A stretch of 64,000 bases of DNA from a virus, in the IMG/VR virus record IMGVR_UViG_3300021405_000010, positions 13,712 through 77,711 of that record; one strand, given 5' to 3'. The notes under the pieces are model-generated. The model saw nothing but the letters and a program-made list of their open reading frames with translations. It did no database searches and was not told where the DNA came from. Positions 1-9,385 of the stretch are shown piece after piece. Positions within the stretch are counted from its first letter, which is position 1. Every line of letters starts with the position of its first letter. The position numbers and the translations under genes were made by a program.

Positions 1-830
1 CCGGCATCGCCGTGGACGTAGTTGTTGTAGATTCGGAGGTTAGTGACTTTCGAGCCGGGCTGGGCCGCCCAGATGTACATCCCGTTGTGATGGTTGTTAT
101 TGGGCGGGTCATCCCAGATCGTCCCCGGCATCGAGATGTCGTTGTCGTGGATCTTGAAATTGTCGATGACAGCATTGGCACCGCCCGAGCCAGAGCCAAT
201 CCCCCAGTTGACGTCACTGATCGTGTTGTGATCCAGCTCGATGTTGGAGGAGGCCGGGGTGATTGAATAGGTGTAAAAGATACCCGCACCCGCGCTGGCC
301 AGGACGCAATCATGCACATGGAAATTGCTCCCGTAGGACAGACTCACCGCCGTCCCGGCGCTGTTGGCCGTATCGGCTACCGTGGTCTTCTTGTACATGT
401 TGGTGATCTTGAGATTCTTGACCTCGAGATTATTCTGCTGCGAGACCGCGATCCCGTGCGAGCTGACTCCGCTGGTCGTATTCTGGCCGGTCGCCGTGAT
501 CAGGCCGTTCTGGCCCCCGTCGATCACCACAAAGGAGCCGCCCACTGTGATGGCGGCCTTGTTCCAGTGATCGGCGGTCATGTTGGCTCCAGGCTCAAAA
601 AGCAAGGTAACGGGGCTCGAGCTGGATCCCGATCCGTTGATCGTGATGCTGGAGGTGATGGTGCCCACCAAGTGATTGACAGTGCCAGCTGTCCACTGAG
701 CGCCGGAGACGGCTTTGCAGTTGCTGGCGCTGGATCCCGAACCATTCCCAGTCGCAGACTGGGCCAGATAGACATCAGCCGCGATCAAGCGGCTGGCAAA
801 GAGGAGTAAGCAGAGAAGGGGTAATCTCAT
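1..830 (-). CDS. Signal-peptide-bearing right-handed beta-helix protein (runs off window start); paralog of N-terminal domain of 25097..28564
   Basis: Not in ORF track. Manual translation from ATG 830: MRLPLLCLLLFASRLIAADVYLAQSATGNGSG...SMPGTIWDDPPNNNHHNGMYIWA...IYNNYVHGDAG; aligns with VYIAQTQQGTGSG...TMPGTIWDDPQDQNHHNGIYIWA...IYNNYIHGDPG. Confidence 0.85.
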   Translation of the reverse strand, partial: MRLPLLCLLLFASRLIAADVYLAQSATGNGSGSSASNCKAVSGAQWTAGTVNHLVGTITSSITINGSGSSSSPVTLLFEPGANMTADHWNKAAITVGGSFVVIDGGQNGLITATGQNTTSGVSSHGIAVSQQNNLEVKNLKITNMYKKTTVADTANSAGTAVSLSYGSNFHVHDCVLASAGAGIFYTYSITPASSNIELDHNTISDVNWGIGSGSGGANAVIDNFKIHDNDISMPGTIWDDPPNNNHHNGMYIWAAQPGSKVTNLRIYNNYVHGDA

Positions 831-869
831 TTTATGAGGTAGAGCAGATTCTCCTGGCGTTGGCCACTC

Positions 870-1208
870 TCATTTCTGCCACCACGCCTTGAAGCTGTTG
901 ATCTCATCGATCGAGGGGTAAGCGCCGGTAAAGAGGAAAGCCCGGTCGTCGATGTAGAGCCATGCCGGGGGCTTCGTGTTGGTGATCTGGACCACCATAG
1001 AGACTTCCGGCGGGGCATGAACTTGCAGCCATTCGTGAACCAGTTGCTCCGGCCTCGTCGTAAAGATGACTACCGCGAACCCGTGATCGAGGCATTCGTT
1101 CAGGAAGTCGATCGCGCCGGGAAGCGGCGGATCCAAGGGTGCCATCTCGCCCTTCCAGCCGGTGTAGGCTGAAAGGACTCCATCAAAATCAATTGCCAGC
1201 GTCTTCAT
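870..1208 (-). CDS. HAD-superfamily phosphatase-like phage protein
   Basis: Motif I IDFDGV, FTTR, K, YIDDRA. Confidence 0.8.
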   Translation of the reverse strand: MKTLAIDFDGVLSAYTGWKGEMAPLDPPLPGAIDFLNECLDHGFAVVIFTTRPEQLVHEWLQVHAPPEVSMVVQITNTKPPAWLYIDDRAFLFTGAYPSIDEINSFKAWWQK

Positions 1209-1211
1209 AAA

Positions 1212-1574
1212 TCAGAATGGTTTCGCCGGGCCCTCACTGCTGCACTTGCAGCGGCCCTCGGGGTTCCGGCTGGTGATCGGGACCTTCTTCCCGCAGTCCT
1301 CGCACTCACGCATCAGATTGCGCGCATTGGCCCAGGTGGCCCCGCAGTGGCTGCACTGGCCGTAGTAATGCCACTCATCCCCTGAGAAAGTCGGGGGGAC
1401 GTTTTTGGTGATCCCGCAGGCCGGGCAGTCAAAGGAGAGGATCCGGGCCGGTATACAGAGCTTCAGGCGTCTCTCTGCTCGTTCGTCCGCTTTAAAAGCA
1501 TGCTTTTTCCAGCCGTCCAGGTTCGGAGCCGCCGCCTGCGGCTCCCACCCTTCCAGGTCAAAGTCCTCACTCAT
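1212..1574 (-). CDS. Zinc-ribbon protein
   Basis: CPACG, CSHCG, CEDCG, CKC pairs. Confidence 0.65.
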   Translation of the reverse strand: MSEDFDLEGWEPQAAAPNLDGWKKHAFKADERAERRLKLCIPARILSFDCPACGITKNVPPTFSGDEWHYYGQCSHCGATWANARNLMRECEDCGKKVPITSRNPEGRCKCSSEGPAKPF

Positions 1575-2029
1575 AGCTTGGCGTTCAGGAATTTGACGAA
1601 TGACGTTACAAGCTTGGGCTTATCCATTGCCTCGCACCATTGCCTGAAGTCCCAGGCCGCCTTGTGGACATCGACTTTCTTGTAGGCCGGGTTCTGGGCC
1701 AGGGCCTCCAGGATCTCGTTGGTCATCAGCTCGCCCGGCTTGGGCTTGAGCGGGGCCTTCTGGCTGGGGAACCAGCCTGCCCGGGCCCACAGGCGCACTG
1801 CTGCGGTCCAGCTGTGGATCTTGGTGCCCCTGGCCGTCTTAAAGCCCGAGACCAGCCATGTGTCGTAGAGGTACTCGGCATCGCTGTCTGGGAGCCCCAG
1901 CCGGGCTGTCTCGGCCCTGATCTCGGAAAGGGGTGGCATCCCCCGGGGCCTGTCTTCTGCCTTGGTCTCAAACTCGGTCAGGCCATCCAACGGGCGCTGG
2001 CCTAGGTGCTTCTCTTCTTTTCTTGTCAT
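1571..2029 (-). CDS. Phage replication initiator/replisome-organizer C-terminal-like domain protein
   Basis: PPLSEI...DAEYLYDTWLVSGFK...IHSWTAAVRLW resembles the conserved C-terminal helical domain of phage replication proteins; replication context. Confidence 0.55.
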   Translation of the reverse strand: MTRKEEKHLGQRPLDGLTEFETKAEDRPRGMPPLSEIRAETARLGLPDSDAEYLYDTWLVSGFKTARGTKIHSWTAAVRLWARAGWFPSQKAPLKPKPGELMTNEILEALAQNPAYKKVDVHKAAWDFRQWCEAMDKPKLVTSFVKFLNAKL

Positions 2030-2327
2030 ACGTCTTTTCTTAGATCCTTATCTGTCAGGAGGAATCCTCGCTTCGCTCGGAATATGTCAGGACACTGTCC
2101 TGATTAGGAAACAATAACCCCCCTACCCCCCTTGGAACTACAGAGAGGTAGCAGGGCTATTGTTTCCCAACAAGACAGACCGTCCTGCATACGGAAATTC
2201 ACGAGTACAACCCGAAACTTCCCCGTGATAAAGGACCTTCATGAAAACAAAAAGGGCTGGGCAGGTCAAACAAAGAAATCCTTTATCAGGGGAAATTTCC
2301 AAGAGGTGACCAGCCAGCCTGATTCAT

Positions 2328-2798
2328 TTATTCGCTTTTTGGTTTAAAAGTCAAGCTCTGGACCAGCTTGATCGCTTCGTCGGCGGAGTAGACGATGAAG
2401 TAAGGGATCCCCTGATTCTCCAGCCGCTCTTTAAAATCCTTCTGGACTTCGGTCAGGGGGTTGGGGGCGCGCTTGAATTCGATCCAGAAGGTGATCGTCT
2501 CGGCACCCACCACAAAGTCGGGGCACCCCAGGCTGGCCTTGGTCTTGTGCGCGGTCGAGTGCCAGACGAAGGGGTAGAGGTGGAGCAGGCACCAGTTGGC
2601 GAACTGGCGTTGCTCCTCTCTTTCAAGCTTGTCCGTTACCGGCGGCGGGTGCGGATCAGTCTCGAAGCTGGGGCGTACTTCGGGCCCGTATCTTTTTTGG
2701 TCTTCTTGGCTCATGCCTCCGAGGATTTCGGGGCTTAGTTGGTCTCGTCTCCAGCCCATGATCGATATTGATGTCATGCGCTTGCTTTGGCAAGGCAT
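2328..2798 (-). CDS. VRR-NUC (PD-(D/E)xK) nuclease
   Basis: GCPDFVV...WIEFKR...LTEVQK...YFIVYSADEA; start uncertain. Confidence 0.85.
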   Translation of the reverse strand: MPCQSKRMTSISIMGWRRDQLSPEILGGMSQEDQKRYGPEVRPSFETDPHPPPVTDKLEREEQRQFANWCLLHLYPFVWHSTAHKTKASLGCPDFVVGAETITFWIEFKRAPNPLTEVQKDFKERLENQGIPYFIVYSADEAIKLVQSLTFKPKSE

Positions 2799-2961
2799 CG
2801 CGGATCTGCCTGATCCTGGTGGCCAGGATCTCGTAGTTCTCCAGCTGGCGTTGAAACGCCAGCTTGGCCTCGGTATGGGCGGCGTTCAGGGTCAGCTGGA
2901 GGTGCCAAAGGAGCGCCTCCGGGTCCTGAGCCTGGGTGATCTTCTGGTCAATCTTCCTCAT
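2656..2961 (-). CDS. Hypothetical coiled-coil protein
   Basis: ATGA-coupled to upstream micro-ORF; 3' end overlaps VRR-NUC ORF. Confidence 0.5.
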   Translation of the reverse strand: MRKIDQKITQAQDPEALLWHLQLTLNAAHTEAKLAFQRQLENYEILATRIRQIRDALPKQAHDINIDHGLETRPTKPRNPRRHEPRRPKKIRARSTPQLRD

Positions 2962-3020
2962 GCCGTTTTTATGATGTAGATGACCAGCACAACAAAGATG
3001 GCGAAGGCGACAAGATTCAT
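2958..3020 (-). CDS. 20-aa single-TM micro-protein MNLVAFAIFVVLVIYIIKTA
   Basis: Manual translation; ATGA overlaps with both flanking genes. Confidence 0.6.
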   Translation of the reverse strand: MNLVAFAIFVVLVIYIIKTA

Positions 3021-4579
3021 GCCGCCCTCCTGGCCCGGGCCTGCTCCCGGGTCAACGCCCAGACATCATCGCCCTCCAGCCCTGCCAGATCACGAATTTC
3101 AGCCAGCTTTTTATAACGGCGCTTACCGATCGCCTGCATGACTTTCCGGGCCTGGGCCTCGGTCTGGACGCTGTCCGGATCGATTCCGGCATTTGAGAGC
3201 AGGGTTTTAGTGAAATTACTCGGGCGCGCACGCTTCTCCCAGGCGTAGACCGGCTGCCAGTTGACGAGTTCGTGATCGTGGATCGCCGCCGCGAAGTAGT
3301 CCGCCCGGACCATTCCGGCCCGAAAGCGAGCCGCAGCTTCAAGCTTGCGTCTAATTGCCTCCTCTCGTTGAAGCTGGATATCAAGCTGCATCTGGCGCAA
3401 GGAATAGCTTTGCTTGTCCTTGGTGGCCTTCTCCATCTCCTCGGCCATCTCCTGGTCCGCCGCGATCAGGAATGCCGGGGAAACCAGATCCATCTCGGAG
3501 CTGAGCCACAGAGGGTCGATAATGATGCTGTGGGGCTTGCTGGAGGCCGCAATCGCCCGGAGCCTGCCTTCTATGGTCCCGATGCCGTCGATCGTTCCTG
3601 GGGCCGTCCTGGTCGATCTGCCCACGATCTGGGTGTAGAGCACTTTGCTCTTGGTGGGCCGCAGGTTTAAGGTCGCGTCACAGATCGGCGCGTCGATACC
3701 GGTATGGAGTAAATTCGAGTTGCTTAAGAGGGTAATCCGGCCTTCCCGGAAGGCCTGGAGTTTCGCGTCCCGCAGAGGGTCTTCACCGTCCACATGAACG
3801 GCATTGATGCCCTCCGCGACACATGCCTCGACGAACTTCTGCGAGCTGGCCACCAGGGGCAGGAAGGCCAGGATATGACGGTCGTTAAACCGGGCTTTGA
3901 TCTCCTTGGCGATCTCCCGGAAATAGGGCGCAATGGCATCGGCGGCATCATTAACATCGAAGTCTTTGCCCTCCGGCGTCCGGCGGATTCGTACGTTCGC
4001 CAGACTGACTGCAGTCGAGAGCTTCTCGACGTGATCCGGATCCACCAAATAACCTTCGTCCACAAGGTCAAAGAGATCTTTCCGGTAAGCTTCGACCTCA
4101 AAGATCTCGGAGAGAGCTTTGCCGTCCGCCCGGAAAGGCGTGGCTGTGATGCCGCAGACCTTCGCCGCATCAAAGTGAGTAAAAATCCGTTTCCAGGATT
4201 CGGCCAGAGCCCCGTGTGCTTCATCGGCAAAGATGTATTGGAAGTGATCTTTAGGGAACCGCTCCAGCCGGGCCTTGCGGGTTAAGGTTTGCACCGAACC
4301 AACCACCACCTGGGCGCTTAAGGGCGCTTTGGACTCGGCCTTCTCCAGGGCGGCAATAAAGCCCTGGTCCCGGAAAGCGCCCAAAGGCTGGGTGCAGAGT
4401 TCGTTGCGGTTAGCTAAAAATAACACGCGGCCAGTCTGAACCAGGATCCTGGTCGTCCCAGCCGCAATCAGGGTTTTGCCACCACCCGTGGCAATCGTGG
4501 TAATGCACGTTTTGTGCTTGGTCCACGTAGAGAGGATCGCCTTGGAGGCGTCTTGTTGGTAATCTCGGAATTCTTTCAT
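3017..4579 (-). CDS. Superfamily 2 DEAH helicase (ResIII/Irc3-like)
   Basis: Walker A ATGGGKT, DEAH, TATP, TGIDAP, QIVGRSTR. Confidence 0.93.
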   Translation of the reverse strand: MKEFRDYQQDASKAILSTWTKHKTCITTIATGGGKTLIAAGTTRILVQTGRVLFLANRNELCTQPLGAFRDQGFIAALEKAESKAPLSAQVVVGSVQTLTRKARLERFPKDHFQYIFADEAHGALAESWKRIFTHFDAAKVCGITATPFRADGKALSEIFEVEAYRKDLFDLVDEGYLVDPDHVEKLSTAVSLANVRIRRTPEGKDFDVNDAADAIAPYFREIAKEIKARFNDRHILAFLPLVASSQKFVEACVAEGINAVHVDGEDPLRDAKLQAFREGRITLLSNSNLLHTGIDAPICDATLNLRPTKSKVLYTQIVGRSTRTAPGTIDGIGTIEGRLRAIAASSKPHSIIIDPLWLSSEMDLVSPAFLIAADQEMAEEMEKATKDKQSYSLRQMQLDIQLQREEAIRRKLEAAARFRAGMVRADYFAAAIHDHELVNWQPVYAWEKRARPSNFTKTLLSNAGIDPDSVQTEAQARKVMQAIGKRRYKKLAEIRDLAGLEGDDVWALTREQARARRAA

Positions 4580-4627
4580 ACGACAGCCCTACTCTCGCCC
4601 TGGTTAATACTTTGTCAATTAGGAAAG

Positions 4628-4792
4628 TCACTTTTTCAACTTTTCCTTGCGCCAGCGTTTCTTGGCCGCCGCCTTCATCGGGCCGTGCCCCCGGGCCTTG
4701 GACTCCCCACTGGCCTTGCCCATCAGGGTGGCCCCCATCTTTTTTAACCACGCATCCTCGAGGATCTCGTTACAGAACGGGCATCGTGCCAT
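4628..4792 (-). CDS. Small basic protein with CxxC (54 aa)
   Basis: Manual translation MARCPFCNEILEDAWLKKMGATLMGKASGESKARG...AAAKKRWRKEKLKK. Confidence 0.6.
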   Translation of the reverse strand: MARCPFCNEILEDAWLKKMGATLMGKASGESKARGHGPMKAAAKKRWRKEKLKK

Positions 4793-4803
4793 TGGCGCTC
4801 CTT

Positions 4804-5097
4804 TTATTCGATGTCGATCTCAACCTCGGCGTTATTGGGCTTGATGATGGAGCCTTTCAGTTCTTCCAGGTCCACCCGGAAGCCCCGCCGCTCCTGGTCG
4901 CCGTTCCCCACCTCCAGGCCGGTCTTTTTCCAGAACCGCAGGACCGAATAGTTCGGCACCCGGACGATCAGCTGGCTGTCCCGCCAGCCGATCACCTCGC
5001 CCTCATAGGTCTCATTGCGCGGGGGTTCGGGCACCTTGTCGTACCAGTAAACCGCGACGTGCAAGGGGTGACCGATCTCCAGCTTCTGCTTATCCAT
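4804..5097 (-). CDS. Hypothetical protein
   Basis: ORF with TATAAC box just upstream. Confidence 0.6.
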   Translation of the reverse strand: MDKQKLEIGHPLHVAVYWYDKVPEPPRNETYEGEVIGWRDSQLIVRVPNYSVLRFWKKTGLEVGNGDQERRGFRVDLEELKGSIIKPNNAEVEIDIE

Positions 5098-5116
5098 ATA
5101 ACGTTATACTCAGGGG

Positions 5117-5182
5117 TATGCCCAACGTTGCACTGTCGGCAATTTGCCGAAAATTCGGCTGATTTTGAGGCACTTGCGTAAG
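5117..5182 (-). repeat. 66-bp dispersed repeat copy A
   Basis: Reverse complement cttacgcaagtgcctcaaaatcagccgaattttcggcaaattgccgacagtgcaacgttgggcata matches copies at 17685, 40296, 63901. Confidence 0.95.
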
Positions 5183-5227
5183 GAAAAAGGGCAAATCTAA
5201 CGTTATACCAGGATTACGCATATAACG

Positions 5228-6112
5228 TTATTTCGGGGTCAGCTCGATGACGATCCTGGCCCGGTTCTCGTAGTTGATGGCGGCACTGCCCCCGCGCGCG
5301 CTAGCGATCAGGATCAGCTCATGGACATCGGTACTGTCCTCGATCGCTTTATTTTCAAACGCCACGGCTTTGTTTAAGGGCCAGTTCTTGTCGATGACGT
5401 AATAGGTCAGGTTGCGCATCATCTGGTCGTCGTACTCCGCCCAGTTGCGGATCTCGCGCTCGGTCATCGCTCGAGTGCCCTCCTCGATCGCCTGGGCGAT
5501 CTGGGCCCCGCAGATTTTGCGGATCCGGTTGAGCGCGGCCTCGCCCTTCTCGGTCAGGACCAGGACGCCCTCCTGGGCTGGTGATTTCTTCCTGGCCGGT
5601 GGGCCCTGGCCATTCTCCTGGTCACCCATCTCAATCTCCACTTGGCCGCCCTCCTGGGCTTGGGCCTGGGCCGCGACCGGCTGGGCCGCCTCGGCCTGCT
5701 CGACGGCGTGCTTGACGTCTTCAGTGGTCAGGATTTTATCCTGGCCCTCGGCCCGGATAACGAGGTTATTCCAGACCGTGGCCCGAAGCTCGGGCTCCAG
5801 GCGCGACAGCTCCGCCGCCTGACTTTCATTGGCTGGCAGGGCCAGCCCCGCATCCTGGAGCTGCTGAACCGTCTGACTGACGGCAATAATCCGCCGGTAG
5901 GTCCGCAGGTCGATCTGGAGAAACTCGGTGATGTATTCGCTGAAATCCGCCGTTTTCTCGGTGTATAATTCGTCCCGGTAAATCTTGTGCAGTTCCTTGG
6001 CGATCAAACAGGTAGCTTCCAGGCCCCTGCGAAACGCCGTCCTGATCTTAATTTCGCAATCCTCCAGCTGGGTCTTGCGAGCCGTGTCCGCCGATAAAGC
6101 TCGTGTGGTCAT
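5228..6112 (-). CDS. Putative DNA-binding protein (LxxIxxxxLY...F.EY...LPANESQA family); paralog of 46532..47149
   Basis: ELHKIYRDELYTEKTADFSEYITE vs ALREIRDDKLYLVYAETFKEYCEQ. Confidence 0.6.
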   Translation of the reverse strand: MTTRALSADTARKTQLEDCEIKIRTAFRRGLEATCLIAKELHKIYRDELYTEKTADFSEYITEFLQIDLRTYRRIIAVSQTVQQLQDAGLALPANESQAAELSRLEPELRATVWNNLVIRAEGQDKILTTEDVKHAVEQAEAAQPVAAQAQAQEGGQVEIEMGDQENGQGPPARKKSPAQEGVLVLTEKGEAALNRIRKICGAQIAQAIEEGTRAMTEREIRNWAEYDDQMMRNLTYYVIDKNWPLNKAVAFENKAIEDSTDVHELILIASARGGSAAINYENRARIVIELTPK

Positions 6113-6140
6113 CCCGCAACGTTAGTGAAAGCTCAGGCAT

Positions 6141-7298
6141 TTACCAAGGCTTCTCCATTTTGCTGAAAGCGATGGCCGATTCAAACGCTTCCGCGTCGGA
6201 TTTCTGGGCGGAATTGACATTGTCCCAGACGGCCCTCACCTTGGGTAACCACTGGGACTCGATCGCCTGGAGTTCCGCGACCGAGAGGTCTCCCACGGTG
6301 CGGCCAACGAACTTGGGGTTTTTAAGCCCGGCGATGACGTGAAAGGCCCAGGGCTTGGCACTCTCCGCCGGGGGGCCGCCAGAAGCTTCGGCGGAAGCTT
6401 CTGGCGGGGGTTGTGCCGGTGGAATCTCACCCATGTCCAGGTCATCGGGCTCTTGGGGGGCCGGGGCCGATGCCGGGGCTGGAGGAGCGGCGGCGACAGG
6501 TTTGGGCGGTTCGGCACCAGCTGACATTTGTCCGCTGGTATCTGAGTAAGGACGGCCTTCCTTATCTTTTGGCTCAGCCGGAGCGGCGGCTTCGGCTGGA
6601 GTGGGCTTCTTGCCGGGCTTGGACTCGACGACCTTGATCCCCTTGGCGGCGGCCTGCTTTAAAAGCTCTTCTTCCTTGGCCCGGTTCTTAGTGATCTTCT
6701 CCTCGTCGTTGTACTGGTCAGCTTCCGAAACCCCGCCCTGGAGTTCCTCGGTGATGTAGAGGTTGCTGCACTGGTCCGGGAAGGCCCCTCTGAGCGCCTG
6801 GGCTTTCGCGCACTTACCCAGCATGAAATCCGGCAGGCGCTCCCAGAAATCGCTCACCTCCCAGCGGTTGGTGGCCTTGTTATAGGCCTGACCGCAGTAC
6901 CCGGCCCACCGGGCGATCCCCACCTCCGGGTGGGTGCGCTCCTTGTGGAAAACGACACACTTGGCCGCCATGGGAAATTCATCCTCCAGCCACTCATCGC
7001 GCCAGACGCCGTCTTTCCCGGCCCAGGTGATCACTGACCCGTCGTAGTGGCCGGTGCGCGCGGCGATGGCCGTCAGGCCGATTACGCTGGTCACCGGCAC
7101 CAGGGTGGGGACCTTATTGCCCTGCCGGTCCTTGTTGTAGCGCCTCGTGGCATAGATCTGCTTGGAAAAGGGATCCAGTAAAGTGCGCTGGCAGAGCCTG
7201 ACAAAACTCTCCTGCTCATCCTCGGTGTAGCCCGAAAGCAGGGTGCGTTTAAGGACGGCGATTTCTTCGTCTGAGAGGAATGGGTTGTTGTCGTTCAT
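6141..7298 (-). CDS. bet: Phage recombination protein Bet (RecT/Redbeta-family single-strand annealing protein)
   Basis: CQRTLLDPFSKQIY, AARTGHYDG, WERLPDFMLGKCAKAQALRGAFPD, LYITEEL. Confidence 0.9.
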   Translation of the reverse strand: MNDNNPFLSDEEIAVLKRTLLSGYTEDEQESFVRLCQRTLLDPFSKQIYATRRYNKDRQGNKVPTLVPVTSVIGLTAIAARTGHYDGSVITWAGKDGVWRDEWLEDEFPMAAKCVVFHKERTHPEVGIARWAGYCGQAYNKATNRWEVSDFWERLPDFMLGKCAKAQALRGAFPDQCSNLYITEELQGGVSEADQYNDEEKITKNRAKEEELLKQAAAKGIKVVESKPGKKPTPAEAAAPAEPKDKEGRPYSDTSGQMSAGAEPPKPVAAAPPAPASAPAPQEPDDLDMGEIPPAQPPPEASAEASGGPPAESAKPWAFHVIAGLKNPKFVGRTVGDLSVAELQAIESQWLPKVRAVWDNVNSAQKSDAEAFESAIAFSKMEKPW

Positions 7299-8128
7299 TG
7301 GATTCTTGAAGCTGCTTTGACGCTCACATTGAGTCGCTTGGTGATTTTGATGCCGGGCAAGGTAGGCTCTGCCTCGGGGTTAGATTCCAGCTGGCTTCTG
7401 ACATTGTCCTGGCAGGCGCGGATGTCCAGCTCCCAGCGTAGCAAACGGTAGTGACCGGCCTGACAGACGGTCTGGACGCTGACCAACTCGAAGTCGTATT
7501 TGTGGTCAACCCGTCCGCCGGGGACAAGGCCCCTGGGCGCTTCGGCTGGCTGGCCCAGCTCTTCCACGTCCCGAGCCAGCTCCCTGGCCAGCTGCTGCTG
7601 CAAAAGCTGGTTCTCGCGCTTCGCGGCTTCTCCCTGCAAGAGGGCGCGAGCAACCTCGTCCTGGGCCTCGCGCAGCGCCTTCTGGGCCCGATCCCTCTCA
7701 GCCTCGGCTTCTCGGACCTTGCGATCGGCCTCGGCCTGGGCCAGCCGCTGACGTTCGGCTTCCTGGCGCTCTTTGGCTTTCTTGGCCGCCTCCAGCTTCG
7801 TCACGTACCCGTTTAAAAGCGCCAGGACTCGATTCTGCTCCTTTTCGACGGGCCCGGCTATCTCTTTGGCCAAATTGTTGATTGCCGCGCCCACAGCGTC
7901 AAATGGGAGCTTGGCGTGCTTCTTGGCGGCTGCGATCTCGTCCAGCATCGCTTTTAACTGCCCAGCCGCCGTGCGCGCGGCGGAAAAGGTGAGGTCGTCC
8001 TTGACCTCGGTAACGGCGCTCGTGGAGGCCACGATCGCCCTGGCCCTGGTGCGGTCATCGGGGTTGACGCGCACCTCCATGCCGGAAGCGGTGATGATTT
8101 CTTCACCAAAGAATGGCTGGATCTCCAT
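7295..8128 (-). CDS. Coiled-coil recombination-module protein
   Basis: Long coiled coil, C-terminal LPGIKI..V motif, coupled to bet. Confidence 0.6.
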   Translation of the reverse strand: MEIQPFFGEEIITASGMEVRVNPDDRTRARAIVASTSAVTEVKDDLTFSAARTAAGQLKAMLDEIAAAKKHAKLPFDAVGAAINNLAKEIAGPVEKEQNRVLALLNGYVTKLEAAKKAKERQEAERQRLAQAEADRKVREAEAERDRAQKALREAQDEVARALLQGEAAKRENQLLQQQLARELARDVEELGQPAEAPRGLVPGGRVDHKYDFELVSVQTVCQAGHYRLLRWELDIRACQDNVRSQLESNPEAEPTLPGIKITKRLNVSVKAASRIQ

Positions 8129-8131
8129 GGA

Positions 8132-8485
8132 TTATCGGGTGGGCAGAACTTGGTCCACCATGTGCTTCAGCTCTTCCCAGTAGAAGTCGGTCGCCACTTC
8201 CAGCCGCTCGGCATTTTCCATGATGGTCTGCCGCATGTAGGGGAAGTAATCCGCGAGGTTGGCCCGGGCGTGCCGGGTGGCTCGCAAGAGGACGAGGTGC
8301 ATCCGCTGGGCTTCTTTCAAGCGAAAGTATCCGCCGCCCAGGATGTTTTTCATCTTGGCCCGGTCGGGCCCCACGGCGACAGCCTTGATGTGGTCCGCCA
8401 TGGGAATCATCGCGGCACTCAAACCACTGACCTCCTCCGGGGAATGCTTATAGAAGATGTGAGCGTCGATTTTCGTTTGTATCAT
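8132..8485 (-). CDS. Hypothetical protein
   Basis: Fits operon; GAGG upstream. Confidence 0.6.
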   Translation of the reverse strand: MIQTKIDAHIFYKHSPEEVSGLSAAMIPMADHIKAVAVGPDRAKMKNILGGGYFRLKEAQRMHLVLLRATRHARANLADYFPYMRQTIMENAERLEVATDFYWEELKHMVDQVLPTR

Positions 8486-8548
8486 TTTCGCACCTCGTGG
8501 TCCAATAAGATGGGTATAACTATCAGGAACTACTCACATGCTCAACGT

Positions 8549-8875
8549 TTAAATTCGATAATCTTTGTCGATGACAAAACCCAGCTCCCGGGCCGCTCGG
8601 CCATGGCTCTCGATCCAGTCGTGGCACCATCGGCAGACCGGCATCCAGTAGCGTTGATCCAGGAGGAGAGCGCCTTCGCAGCCCATCTTGTGATGAACGT
8701 CAAAGGTCGGGCGGATAGTCATCGACGCTGGCCATAACGTGATACAGCACAGGCACCAGGGGTTCTGCCGCTTAAAGACCCTGACGTCGCGGCTGTACTG
8801 GGCCCTCTGCCTCGCGCGCCTGGGGGTAACTCTCCGGATCGGCTTGGACCTCCGGATCGGCTTGGACCGTTTCAT
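8549..8875 (-). CDS. HNH endonuclease-like protein
   Basis: CLCC...DVHHKMG...VCRWCHDWIESH; start revised to MKRSKPIRR. Confidence 0.75.
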   Translation of the reverse strand: MKRSKPIRRSKPIRRVTPRRARQRAQYSRDVRVFKRQNPWCLCCITLWPASMTIRPTFDVHHKMGCEGALLLDQRYWMPVCRWCHDWIESHGRAARELGFVIDKDYRI

Positions 8876-9020
8876 TGATTGAGACCGGCTCCCAGTCGCC
8901 TTCAAAAGTATAGCCTTCGTCGATGACGTGCTGGATGTGATCCAGGGCCACCTGTTCACTAGTCCACGGGCCGATCGGTTCCGCGTCAACCGTAAAGACG
9001 ACAGTGATCTTGTGGGTCAT
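8772..9020 (-). CDS. Hypothetical acidic protein overlapping HNH 5' end
   Basis: ATGA-coupled to upstream gene. Confidence 0.5.
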   Translation of the reverse strand: MTHKITVVFTVDAEPIGPWTSEQVALDHIQHVIDEGYTFEGDWEPVSINETVQADPEVQADPESYPQAREAEGPVQPRRQGL

Positions 9021-9385
9021 ACCAGGACGACTGAAGGATGGGGCAGCGGCTCATCAAGTGGAAGCCAAATATGCAGGCACCATTCGCAGTCGTTGATATA
9101 ATCATCCTTGGCCGGGAAGAACTGAACACACCAGTCCTCATCGGCAAAGAAGAGATCCTTGGCCCTGGTCATGATCTCCCAGCTGGGTATCTTTTTGTAC
9201 TGGGCGTTACTGATCGAGAGATGCTTCCAGCCCAGCCCGTCGCTAATCCGGATCAGGAACAGATCCCCATCCAGGGGGACCAGGAAAGAGCCGTTCCAGC
9301 CGTCTACATCTTCGGTGGCCAGTACACCTTTCCTGATCCGCCAGCGGTTGGCCTTGATCAGTTTCTCAAGAGCTGTGCCCGGCAT
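9017..9385 (-). CDS. Conserved phage protein (DUF7694-like)
   Basis: GWKHLSIS...PSWEIM...KDLFF...VQFFP..DYIN..CLHIW. Confidence 0.75.
   Translation of the reverse strand: MPGTALEKLIKANRWRIRKGVLATEDVDGWNGSFLVPLDGDLFLIRISDGLGWKHLSISNAQYKKIPSWEIMTRAKDLFFADEDWCVQFFPAKDDYINDCEWCLHIWLPLDEPLPHPSVVLV

Noticed and set aside
832-873. 13-aa ORF MRVANARRICSTS between the HAD gene and the beta-helix gene
   Set aside because: Too short to support, although it could act as a coupling device.
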